The notes beneath the pieces were generated by a model. That model was given only the letters and a program-made list of their open reading frames with translations. It did no database searches and was not told the DNA's origin. Below are positions 35,736-48,400 of a DNA stretch of 64,000 bases, one piece after another. Each line of letters opens with the position of its first letter. Position 1 is the first letter of the stretch. The DNA lies in the NCBI GenBank assembly GCA_036785375.1, contig JAWMAR010000053.1, positions 6,448,001-6,512,000 of the forward strand, read 5' to 3'. Origin of the DNA: Leucoraja ocellata (taxonomy: Eukaryota). The position numbers and the translations under genes were made by a program.

Positions 35736-38700
35736 CAACAGCGACACCTACAAACCCAATTCCAAAGCGGCGCCCGCTCTTGTTCACGTTAATCTGCCCA
35801 GAGCCCGTCTCAAATCCTTTAACGCATGCAGCTTTTACATTGTATAATCTCATCCCTGCCATCAACGGGAAAGTAATCAGCATGCTGGTTGTATTCTGTT
35901 TGCTAAAAGTGCAACAGTATTATATTTACTAGAAATTCTAACAACAAAGACGTCGATCGATAAAAACTAACTGCAGGCATTTCTTATTCCATCGTAAACC
36001 TCTTCGCAATGAAACGAATGCAGAGCAGAGTGCTGATACCAATCGTAATTTTGCAAACCAAAAGGGTGTCCAGTGTGTGCAGGATACCCTATCGCCACCT
36101 AGAACCAATGCGGCCGTTGGGTGTTTTGGCATTGAACATGTTGTGAAATCGATGCGTGGAATCACATCTCCATCCACATTGGTATTTATCGGTAGATTCC
36201 TTGCTGCTGTTTATCCGTTCCAGAATTCATCAGTAGATTTCTTGCTCTCTAAATAATCGTTTCACATCTGCAAATGTTTCGTTACAAGTTAAACCAAATC
36301 TTCGTGAGAAAAAAAATGTCTACTTCACACCCTCACCACGGTGGGCGCCAATGCTTTCTATTATACAAAATATCAATGCTGGGTAAAAGCCAGAAACACC
36401 TCGGGGTGACAATACACACTTCTTAATGCGGTATTTGCGGCCGAAATTTTACACGGACATACAAAATTTAAGACTGTGGGGGAGGAAGCGCCGCGTTTGC
36501 GAAACCTCTCATTAATTTGTTAGGGCAGAGAGTGACCTTTAATGAAGATTATTGGCGCTGGGGGTTTATTACTTTATTCTAAAAACTCTCCCTTAAGGTT
36601 GAGTTCTTACCACGTTCTCCCTGTTCCATCGCCGATGATGATCGGTGGAAATATTCTCCATAATAGGACGAAAAGGTGTCACCCTCTCAAAATCAAACTA
36701 TCGTGTAAGGTAACAGAAAGGCTGCCAGAACGCCCTCCTAGGGTCCACCGCTCGGTGTTTGTTGAATTTAGTATGACGGATGCTCATACTATTTGTGCTC
36801 TTACCCGTAGCAAGCGCTTTCTGACCTCTCTGCGCTTCTCGAGGCAAAATGCCAAATAAGAGCACACATTCACGGCTGACTATCGGAAAAACTAGCTCGA
36901 TGGGGATCAGCTATGGAGGATCAATTTGACATCCACATAAAACGAAAGATATTTCCTACTTCACACCAAGAAGTGTGAAGGGGACAGATTCAGGGTCAAG
37001 GTTGTCACGGCTGCGCCATTTCTTTTATTTTTTTTAATGTAATTACATCACTCGGTAATTGCATAAGAATTTGGTAAATCTTAGTCTTGTGCCAAACATT
37101 CAAAATTATACAAAAATGGCCGTGAACATTGATAATAAGGTGCGTGGATCATGCACATCAGACACAAATGTATACCATTTTTACTAGACAATCTGCATCC
37201 CTACAGTTGAAAACTGGTATTTGTGAAACTATATTTTGTACCACGTTTTATTAACTAATCGAACCTATTTCGCATTACTATTGTAAGTTCAACGTTGTTT
37301 ATTCCAAGTCAGAATATGGCCACTTCGTAGCCCTTGGGTGTTTTGTACCACATTCCACAAGGTATTAAATCCAATAAGTATTTGCAGCGAAGTACAATTA
37401 TCTTAATTCTGGAGAGCGTATATATTGTTTCCAAAATAGCTCGCTGTACCCAGCAACCACACTTGTCTTGGCAAAGGAGTTCCAAAAAGCGTGTTACTAA
37501 CCCTGAGGATCGTTGGGTCATCCTTATTTTCGTGCACAATAAATTGACCAAGTCTTTAACGGCTATGTGAAGGGGCATGTCATGCATCCAGTTGAGGCCA
37601 GGTGCATGCGGTATTCTTGGTGAATTCGTCATTGATAATGTTCAAGCAACTGATTAGTGCTCATGTGCAAACCTTTCCTTCTAACCGAAGGCAAAGCAGG
37701 ATTACACATGTAAATATTCCTTCACTTGTCGTCTTGGACATTGGATGTCAATGCGGGGATTAATAGTAAAATGCAAAGGAAATACAACTTTTAAATATTA
37801 TTTATTATTTTCTCCGTCATCAATTTGTAACGTCCTCAAACCTTAAAGTTGGAACAACCTAAATATGTGTCAGTAAAATGAAACAGACTCTAAATGTTAC
37901 AGATGCCATTCAGTAAACACATGTATAGAGCATGCTATACCTAGAACATGATACCTAAATAACTACTACATGCAATTAGAGAATCTCGGTTGTTTTGAGT
38001 ACATAAGCCACGGTTCGTTGAGAACGCGCCTGACTTCTCTGTAGTCCAATATTATTGTTTAATATCGACGCTATTTAGATTAACATTGACCAAATCAGCC
38101 TGGTGGTGATTGTGGATATGCAGAAGCATATAACCAAGAGAGGTCCTTCGTTAGAAACTAATGCTGCACATTTTCCAGACAAAAACTGCTTCGCTCTGAC
38201 TTGAAAAACCGAGAACTTGGCGTCTTCTGGCCGACATTATATAAAACTGGTTTCCTGTAGAAATTGTGGTGTCCAAATCTTCTGGTCTTTGATGGAAGCG
38301 TTGCCTTGAACTTAATGTAGGCCAGGCATAGTTCGAATGCATTTTCACCACGGACTCATTCCTTTCCACCCACTATAAGGCTCAGTAAATGGCATACCAT
38401 GCTAATCGGAATAACATTTACTCTTGCTCCAAATGTGTTAAAATGAAACACATTAGTAACCGCAAAAGTCTGTGGAAAGGCATAATCATATATTGGTGTA
38501 TGTGTGTGGATATGTATCAGTTATACATTACTAGGAAGAGGATTTATTAAATTTACTAAGCAATTTCAGCAATTGTGTACATGGTTATTACTTATTTATG
38601 TTAATTATTGTAATATGTTTGGTAAAACTAATAATTGTGGGATGTCATGTGCATCAAACAGAAAATCGCATTGTACCAATCACTAAAAATTACAAGTCAA

Positions 38701-41700
38701 CCACAAATTAACTTTTTTTTTAAAGTTCTCAATGACATACGACAACTCGTAATTTCAATGAACTTAAGTAAAATGGTGTCTGCAAACCTGTACCCTAAAG
38801 TCCCTTGTACGAAAAAAACTCATAAAATATAACGACTACAGATGCACTGGAATTAACGGATATGTATTATTTGCAATATAAAGTGGCCTAGTAGGCAGGA
38901 GAGACTATTATAGAATCAAACCACTGTTATCGTCTGGGTATGCTCACTGGAAGACGAGCCAAGTTACAGCAAAGGAATTGTTGTGTTAGTAGTACTTAGA
39001 TAGTAGAATGAGTGATTAGTCTCCGAACGATACTTCCATGTTTAATAACGTAGTTATAAGCTGTTTATGGGGGGAAACCTAAGTACAATCCTCCTTAAAT
39101 TAGTTCTAATGATGGAGCTTAATTAAAACCTCGTAATACTTTAAAGCACCAATGTGGAATGTGTTTTGCTGAAAGGATTTTATACATTGGCAGCTAAATG
39201 GATATTAGAGTTAAGCAGGAACATGGAGGCAACTTTATTAGGTTTGCTGTGATTTGCCATAGAACTGATTCGCCATTCTCCCACACATAGCTTATAATAA
39301 TAAGTTTCCTATCAAATTAATACAAACACTAATTTCTCCAAAAATGATGACCAAGCACTTCAAAATCGTTGCCTCATTTCGTCAGATAAAATTTATTTTG
39401 TTTTCCTTATGGAGTTAATTAGCGTAATATCCCTTCTTTCATTCCACTTGGTTTCCTCATTAGCCTAAACTGCGGTGGTCTTATGACACAGAGACCACCG
39501 TCCACTTATATCCTGCACTTTTAACCTGATATTCGGACGTTCTCCATATTTCTATGTCAAATTTTAAAATTATTAAAATCACGAGCATGCCATCAATTTC
39601 AACGTGGTCTTTCAGCTTAAAGCTCCTCGGATAAACACTGAAAAGGACTGTTCGAAAACCTTCCTTCTTATCTGAATATTCCATAAACATCCGGCCAAAA
39701 TGCACGCTAAGCGTTCGGCAGTACCACCACGGTTGTTCTTTGACAAACTTTGTTTTAAGGTTACCACCTGTAGATACTTCGGAAATATTTTTCTTCATCG
39801 AATGTTTTCAGTTAAATTGTGTCTGAAAGCCAATTTATTGTGTACACGGCTGCTGCTTTCATTACGCTTGACTACAAATTGCAAATTACTAACACAACTC
39901 CTCATATTTAAATCACTTCACTCCTTGTCACATCAAATAAACCTTTGCGATTTTTGCTATCACTAAACGATCGGTGATATAAGTAAGCCCTTATTCTTAC
40001 CAGAGTATTAACTTTCCTCTGTTCAAATAATACATGTCCATGCATTTTCGGCGGGATTTTATCTGAGGAAAAGACACGCACTATTTTTATGGCCTTATAA
40101 AATGAACAGGCAGATAAACAATAAACCCTCCCAGAACAGTTTCTCGTCATTTTAAACTGCAATAAAGGTTATTTTTACGAGGACAGAAGAGTCGAAATTT
40201 TTTCCACAAAAATTGACTAAATAGTGCGATATGAAGCGAGGATAATCTGCTAAGGATGAAATTCCCCGTTGTCGCGAAATAAGGAATTACGGCCAGAATG
40301 TGATCTTAAGCTCGCTAGCATGGGCCGATGTGAAAAGCAAATGTACCCAATTAATGTCAACATGTTATTGGAGATGAAGTTGTAATTTCTGCCATTTACC
40401 ATGATCAACGGTTGTCTATTATGAAATACATTGCTAATGTGGAGATTTGTTTTGAATTGCCAAATTAAGGAGTATTTCTTTGTGTATAATAGAGATAATT
40501 CTTGAAAACTATACCCATTTTGAAAGAAAGATGAACATTTCACAGTTTTAATGTGTCCGGTTGAGTGCACATTTGATCCCACTTGAACAGCTGATAGAAC
40601 ATGATCAGAATTATATAAGTCACTGACAAATATCGTTCGTCTCTATTGTCAGTGATATAAAGCGGTAGCTGCACATTTTTCATTGCTAAAGTACATGTTT
40701 CATCCAATATTTCCACTTTTGCAAAAGAAAGGAGAAATTCAAAGGCAACGATGACGTGAATTGCTTCCTCTTTTTAAGGAAATTAAAATTGTGCTTTAAC
40801 ACTCCTTACTATCGAGGTGGAATGTATAAGCTAAAACGTTAGGCGGTCTTCGTCACTATATAATTTTGTAAAGTACTCTGGAAAGTGGGGAAGATATGAG
40901 GAGAGATCTTGGAGAAGCAGTAATCAGAAAGCGTTGGTTAAAAGAGTGTGTGCTGGCATTTCAAGCGCCCACATCAGCAGGATGAGAACATCATTGTTCA
41001 GCATTTATCTGTTCGGCTTAGCAATGTTCACCTTACTCGGAATTTGAAACTAGAAATATTATGTTCCCTGTAGTTTACTATATACATTTACAATTGTTAT
41101 TTGAAATTGCTAGATAAATAATTCCCCAACCTATTTTTTTTCTACAGCTCGTTACAAAAGCTTTGTTCGGCCCCATGGATGCAAGTCCAACATTTCTACG
41201 TCACACACATCTGATCAACGATTTTAACAAATAAACTAAGTAAAATTAAACGTATCCTTTGGAGAAATATCTTTGGGACATTTTTTAATAAATATGATTT
41301 TGTAGCGTTCCAGCGAATGGCATTCCAGCGAACACATGAAGATTTGTTTTACTTCGAAGCGACTAATAAACCAAACCAATAAAAACAAATCGCAGTTTAC
41401 CATTACAACGAACTCCCTTTCACTTAACTACCTTCCTCGGCCTGCTGCTCCAGATATCTGATGGCAGCTGAACGTTACCGCTTGCAAGGCTTCACATTAT
41501 ATCAGTTAATTTCATGTTCATCTCCGAAAGCCATTGCCACAGACCTCGCTTGCAAGTGCGGTCGTGGTCATGGGCTGGAGTGCGCCTCCATGTGGCTCTT
41601 TACAAAAGCAACCATCTTTGACAATGTTCAGAGTATCACTGTAAAATTCTTTTCGCTGCTCTGCGTTCATTTTTTAAAACCTTAATCTAACTATATTATG

Positions 41701-43905
41701 TGTTATGAGTCATTGAAGGAAGAATTGCACCGGCTCACCTCTACATAGTTAAGAATTGAACATTATAAGAGCACGGAATATGTGGAGGTGTCACACATAC
41801 GTGGAAATCTTCAACCATTGAGTCATAAATTACATTTTCTCCCATTTCCATGGAAACCAAGACCCTCGCGGATGATTGGTGTAGTGTACAGACATACGAT
41901 GAATATTTTGACTAGTTCAGCTCGCATGTGTATAAACTATACGGTGTAAAGCCCAGCGAGGAGCAAATGGATGTTCATAGCAACATTCAAGAGTATTGTT
42001 GAATATAATCTTAACGCTTAGTAATAAGAGTATTGTTTTTACATTTTTACCAGTTGAGTACTTAAGCATGCGCACACAATAGTATATTCTAAACATTGGA
42101 GAATCTGTTTTACTTTGGAGCTGGGGAAGCTACAAGAGCAACCCAACAGCCACCAGGCGCCTATGTCTTTAAAAAGGTTAAAGGTGATGACCTTGACTTT
42201 ATAGAAGTTCAAAGGCAACATTATAAGCATCCTCTTCACGAAATATGCTTTAGTATGCTCAGGAGACGACACCACTTTTTCAGCATCATCCTGGTCTTCA
42301 TTAAGTTTGACAGATTCAATGGACTTAATTTATGCACGATCCAGTTTTTGTTAAACTTTTTTTTTCAAATGTGAAACTTTATTAATGTAATTGATGTTGC
42401 GGCTTCTTCCTTTTTTAAATCATCTGGTCGCCCCTATTTACTTTGATTTCCTTCGGTCCTTTTGTTTGGAATAGAATGCGGAAGCCCATCTTCGTGACTA
42501 GAAGGTGCAATAAGTCGCCATTAAGCTGTTTGGAGCAGTGAACTTTACGATGTTGTCTAGACAGTTCAAGGTTTTGTAAACAGCAAAGCCATGTCATGCG
42601 GCACGGAAATTTGGCAATTCTTTTTCGAAGAGTTTTGCGAAGCTTAACTCGCTCTTCTAATAAGTCTCCGAGGTGAGCTGCAAGTTGTCCGAACTTATGT
42701 ATACATTTAAGTGCCTCCCTTCAGCTGAAATTCAGCTAATTGTTCACATATGTTGCTATTTGTCCTTTGTCTTCACAAGTAATCGAAATAGACCCATCAA
42801 TTGATTTCCAGGTACTGACTGATAATGATATTAAATCAAATATTTATAAAAACAAATTACAGCTTTCTATTATGCCTAAGAAGCAAAACTTCAGTTTAAC
42901 ATATAGCTTTACATCTAAAATAGAGCACATTTGTGTTTCCATTTTTGTATCAAGGCTGTATGCTAAATGGCTGCTCATAGAGACGTGAAACATAAGAACC
43001 TGGGGTCCACATATGCTGAAAATAGTCAAGAGATTAGGCAACTCGGATTATATTTCCGGTTTCCACTATTTTGTAATTAATCCATTAAACTATAAGGTTT
43101 GCTTTTCGTTATGTTGCAGAATTTAAGAATAATTATGTTATTTGACGGTGGTCTTTGGAACCATTTGCACGGAATTTTCTTATACAGACGCAAATGGTCG
43201 TTTTATCGTAAAATGATGTTTTATTTGAAATATTTGGAATAACATATTGAAATTTTAATATTAACATATTGAATGTTTATTTGGAAAGGAAAGACATCCT
43301 ATCACATGCATTTACCGTGAAATGTCATATTAGTGGGTAACCCGGAAACATTATTATTAACATCACATCAGCTTTAAACGTCCCTAGCTACAGTATATTA
43401 CAATTATCTCATGACATAGACTGGAAGGGTAAAGTAATAAATATGCATTTCTTCTTTTCACCGGAATACACAACTTAAACAATTCTGGTTAGTTTGGCTA
43501 ACATCGACTAAAAGAAGAAATCGAGCACATTGTCTTATGTGATTGACCCATCGCTGTGAACTAACAATATTTAATTTTAGCCCTCCCTTACCCCAGTTTG
43601 CTGTTTAAAATGAAAACCGTTTATGGTCCCTGAATATCCCGCAGAATCAAACTTCTTCCTTTGGAACGGAATAACATCTATGCTGAGGTAAGAATGTTTC
43701 CTAATCAACATTACGTCCATGTTATCTGAACCATCGCGTCATCTCAAATTCAATTCTATGTTAATCGTTTAAATTGTTTTCCATACAAGAACAGCAAAAC
43801 CGTTTCCATCAAACTTGCAGTCCCTCCTTGTGTAAATAAATATTGACTAAGGCAATGAAGAGTCGGCCAAAGGGAATCCATCAGGGTATGTATGCTGTAT
43901 CATAG

Positions 43906-44138
43906 TCACAATAAAGGATTGCCAGTAAAAAAGTGCAGGCGGTCTCTGCTAAGTTTCTTCTCCTTCATTCTACGATTCTGGAACCATATTTTGACTTGTC
44001 GGTCGGAGAGGTTCAACATCCTCGACAATTGCAAGCGTTTTTCTTTGTTGATGTAGACATTGAAGAAAAATTCTCGCTCAAGTTCCCGGATCTGATATTT
44101 GGTATAGGGACATCTTTTCTTCCTGGATCGCAGAGCAG
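43906..44138 (-). CDS. HOXD11: HoxD11 exon 2 (homeodomain); not in the ORF track in the correct frame
   Basis: [76 protein letters not shown]. Acceptor cacCAG at 44139-44141; stop TGA at 43906-43908. Confidence 0.95.
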
Positions 44139-44678
44139 CTGGTGGAAAAATGTTTTTAAAAAGTTACAAATTATCTTTAAACCAATAGACGCGATCTTTA
44201 TTTTCTTGTACCTAGTTAAACTTGATGTAAAATGGCGCAAAACATAACGGTCACACACGGCTACCTTTAATTAATCACCATAGAGATATACAATAAATAT
44301 ATGTAATCGCGTCTTTAATTAATTTATTGCATGCTTATACCCATATTGAAAGTTAAGTAGCAGAAACGAATCCTGAATTAAGCTCGGTCTTGTTGGCACG
44401 AACGAAAGGATTCGCGAAGCATAGAACAAATATATCCTCGCCCAAATAATAGTCACATTAAGAAATCAATACAGGAACTTAAACATCGAGTAATCATGAT
44501 TTTGCATATTCCAAAAGCCCACCTAAACTGATTTCCCATCGTAAACAATCTTTACAGCTTTAAAGCAGATCTTATAGGGTATATAAAATCCTGCGTCTGC
44601 TTATAAAATTTCACATAAAATCTGTGAGACAAAATGTGTTGGCCCTATATTCTACCCCTGGGTTACCAGTGCACCTAC

Positions 44679-45336
44679 TGGATACGCTGTCTTTGTCCGC
44701 CACACTGTTACCGGAGGATTCGCCGGTGTTCTTTTCGGTTGCACTTTCTTTCGTCTGATCCACAGAAACTTTATCAGACGTTGTAACACTCTGGCACGTA
44801 GACACGGACTTTTCGGTCAAATGTTCATAATTAGAAGTGTCGGGAATCCCATAGGCTGTCTCAAAAAACTGATCAAAACCTTGCGGGAGTATTCCATTCC
44901 TGCCAACTGTGGTGTAGAAATTGCAAGATGGATTTGAGCTTGCACGCTGACTGTATAGATTATCATTTTTAAACAACATTCCCGTCCTGGCCGGTGGCTG
45001 AATATAGTCTCTGTGCATGATCTCTTCTGCAGGGCAATAAGGAGTATAGTTGCCCCTGTAATGCCACTTGGTCGGAAGTTCTAACCCGTAGTCTCTGAAC
45101 GATACTTCGCGAACAGGTTGGACCTGAGCTAAATTAGAGGAGTAAGGAAATGTCATTTGGCAAGAAGTCGTCTGCGGTAAGAACGTTGACACTGTCGAGA
45201 AATCTTGGCCTGAAACATAGTAGGTGCAGCTGGGTAGATACATGCTGGAGTTGCAGCTACCACGCTCTTCAAACTCAGTCATGTTTTGTTTTCGTGGTTT
45301 CGAGAACAAATTATCAGGATTGATGGCGTTAAGCAT
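44679..45336 (-). CDS. HOXD11: HoxD11 exon 1 (first in-frame ATG 45336; conventional ATG 45282)
   Basis: MYLPSCTYYVS, CQMTFPYSSNLAQVQPVREVSFRDYGLE and VGRNGILPQGFDQFFE. Donor A|GTAGGT at 44678, with an alternative G|GTAACC at 44666. Confidence 0.92.
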
Positions 45337-45399
45337 GCTCCATCTATTCTACTCTAAAGGCGTATGAACGGGTCGGCGAAAGAAAAAAAAAAGATTGGG

Positions 45400-45465
45400 A
45401 ACGTAAGCTGACGTGCAATTCATCTTGATTGATTCTGAGGGTAAACGAGTCATGTGATCCAATGT
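45400..45465 (-). promoter_or_regulatory. HoxD11 proximal promoter
   Basis: tgacgtg 45409-45415, Pbx-type tgattgat 45426-45433, gtcatgtga 45449-45457 and ccaat 45459-45463. Confidence 0.65.
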
Positions 45466-48400
45466 AGAAATTACCATATATCAGTTTTGGTCATTAAGAT
45501 CCATCCTTGGGAACCGGTAGATAATTCGAAATTAGCCTATTGCCTTTCAGTAGTTACATGTTAGCTGCGTTTTTTCCCCATGATCGAGGAGTGAGGAAAA
45601 AACAAACTCTACAATAAATAATGAAGTGTCCGTATCGTAGTCTGTCATATTTGCATTTGGACTTTTGAAAGCATCAAAACCATCAACTGGGGTTCATTAG
45701 CTGGTGAATTCATATTCATAATAACGCGAGACTATTCTATCAGAACGAATATAAATTATTATATTTTACATTTCGGAATAATTTGTTGTTGGCAAATGCA
45801 AATGTTACTTGCAGACTAAACTACGTCATGGTTAAATTATGTATTTATAAATTCTATGAATACAATTTTCAAAATATGTATCATACAGAAACGTGTGGAA
45901 ATGCCAATGATAGTAAAGGATAATGAAATTATTTTGAAATGGCTAGTTTTTAATTATTTTGCTTCTGCTTCAGTATATTAAATAAATTAGGAATGTGCTA
46001 TTGACAGGAATATGCAATTACCTATCTAGCTTTACTACTTTAAATGATAGTGTATAATTTACATTTTGTAAGCCGACTGTCCAGGATGTGTGAATTTAAT
46101 ATTATATTTTAGCACTAACAGGATGTGTATAAATCACGGGATTTTGAAGGTTGGAGTCTCGTGAACTGCTTGAAGTCCAACCCCACAGCATCCACCACCA
46201 TAACGACTAACATCACAATATGGTCGTGCTACAAAAGTTAGAATATTGTCAGGACACGAGAGTCACTCTAGGTACGCTATTATTGCGAAGCTTCCTTTCC
46301 AATTAAAACAATGGAAATGTAATATGAAAGTCTGGAATGTTAAAAAAGATGGGAAATTGCTTTCAGTACGCTTAAGGATGAAAGACCCTGTATTGATGCG
46401 CTTTTCCGTAATTCACTCAATTCCAATAACCTGGATCTTTAAAAAAAATTGTTTGATTTGCACGAGAGCGAAATTTTGATTTGAAAAGTATTTGAATCTC
46501 CACACGTGGGCTACACTGCAGCTCTCTTAATGGAACACCAGTCAAGCGAAAATTAAACCAGAGGAAGGCTGCAAGTAACTATCAAATCTAATTTGATCTA
46601 TAGGATAAATAGCATCACACAGAGAGAGAAAAAAGTTATCCGGTGCAGAAGTAGCCGTTCGTATTAATGTTTATTTTTATGTTATTCTCCCATATTATGC
46701 ATGATCAATGGTTGACGGATTAAAATCCATAGTTGAGCACATTTACAGCTGGCGGTTTAGATCAAAATTCTGTGCCACAAATTCGAGCAATCTGAAAATG
46801 ACACCTAAATAAATCGGGAACTCTCGATTAACAAGAATATGCAAATATATATCTTATACTGACCGAACTGACACGCACTATTGTTGAGCTTTTTATTTTT
46901 GGAAACAAAATATTTTTTTTCTGAAACATATATAGATTACTAGAAACTTCTAAATACAATAATATGCGAATTTGGATTCGTTGAATCCACGGGCACATGG
47001 ATATAAAATGTACCATCCGGTTGATGTCAGCATAAGGCATGTGACACTGTACTGGTTTAATTAGTGAGATCCAGCTTCCAGTGTGCTATTTGTTTGCTGT
47101 AGATATAATAATGATACTACCAGATAAAGAAAGTGTAGTTTGCTAAAAGATCGGAATTTGATTTCACTACCCGTAATGATTAAACCCCGCATACCGAGGA
47201 GGTTAAATCAAAAATGTAAAACCTAATACAACTAAGTGATCCATCTTCTCGTTAACGGTAATAGGGTATAACAAATATACGGCAAATCACAATGAAGGAT
47301 TAAATGCAGGGTGTTCGGCAGCATGCCATGTAAATTATTAGAAATACGACACTTCTAACACAGGCACACTCACACACTACTATACAACATATGAAGGTTT
47401 TAAACGTTCCGTTGGAACCTAATATTTGCCATGTTTCATTAATATGTCTCATCCTTGCGACTACTGTTCACAGGCTCGTGACTTTCACGATTTAATCAGT
47501 TATTCTGTGGTTATAATACTTCTGCTGTTCAATGCAGCTATTTGAAAAAAAGATGAAAGTACTGGCCAAAACCTCAATGTAATTATATTAATTGATCAAA
47601 AACTCAACGGCAAAATAGCATTAGCCAACGTTGTTCAATAACATGGCAATGACTGCGAATAGAACGGGAATTACGCGTGGCCTTTGTTCCCGTCTCGTGT
47701 TCGGAGCTCACTTAATGCTTATAGTCTGCAAGAATCTAACACGCTGCAGACTGTCGATGGGGAATCAACGTTAATACCGCTTTACAAGATATGTTTTTCT
47801 TTGTAGCACAAGTTCAGATATCATTCTCTTACATACAACATTAAGCGATGCACGAATCTAGCATGTAGGGCGTTGCTTCTCTTACGCAATTCATCTAGAC
47901 CACGATCTTTGTTTTCAGTTTGACGATCCAGCAAAATATTCGCCTCGTTATATATTTTTTGTGATGCACTGCACGAAAAAATAATACTTTACAATGTGGA
48001 AAGCAACATTCATTGGTCAGGCAGAGTACACGGCCACTGAGCGGTATGTTAGACTTCTGCGGTCCAAAAAGAAGCACTAACTTGACCTTAACTTTGTTAT
48101 GGCGCCCCCGGTATCTGGAAAACATGTAGAGACACCGTCTGGCAGCTCGACCATAAAAATGAAATGAAAAAGAGATTCTGGGCGATTCGACGGAAAGTCG
48201 ACAATTTCCCAAAGCTTGGGTTAGCACTGCTGCAAATCTGATAACATTGTTGCAATGCATTTAGGTTTTCAAGCATTTTGTGTGAGTTAGGTTTATCCAA
48301 CAGATGAACATAGTTGAAATAAAGGTCTATGTTTAATGCATTGAGAAAGTATTTAGAAATTCAGCATCATTCCCCAAAACACACCAACAGTCGTTGGAAC

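Noticed and set aside
38100-38140. Short stretch resembling a CR1/L2 RT motif (VVIVDMQK), and a purine-rich CR1-3'-like stretch near 40880-40960
   Set aside because: Too short and degenerate to call without a repeat library.
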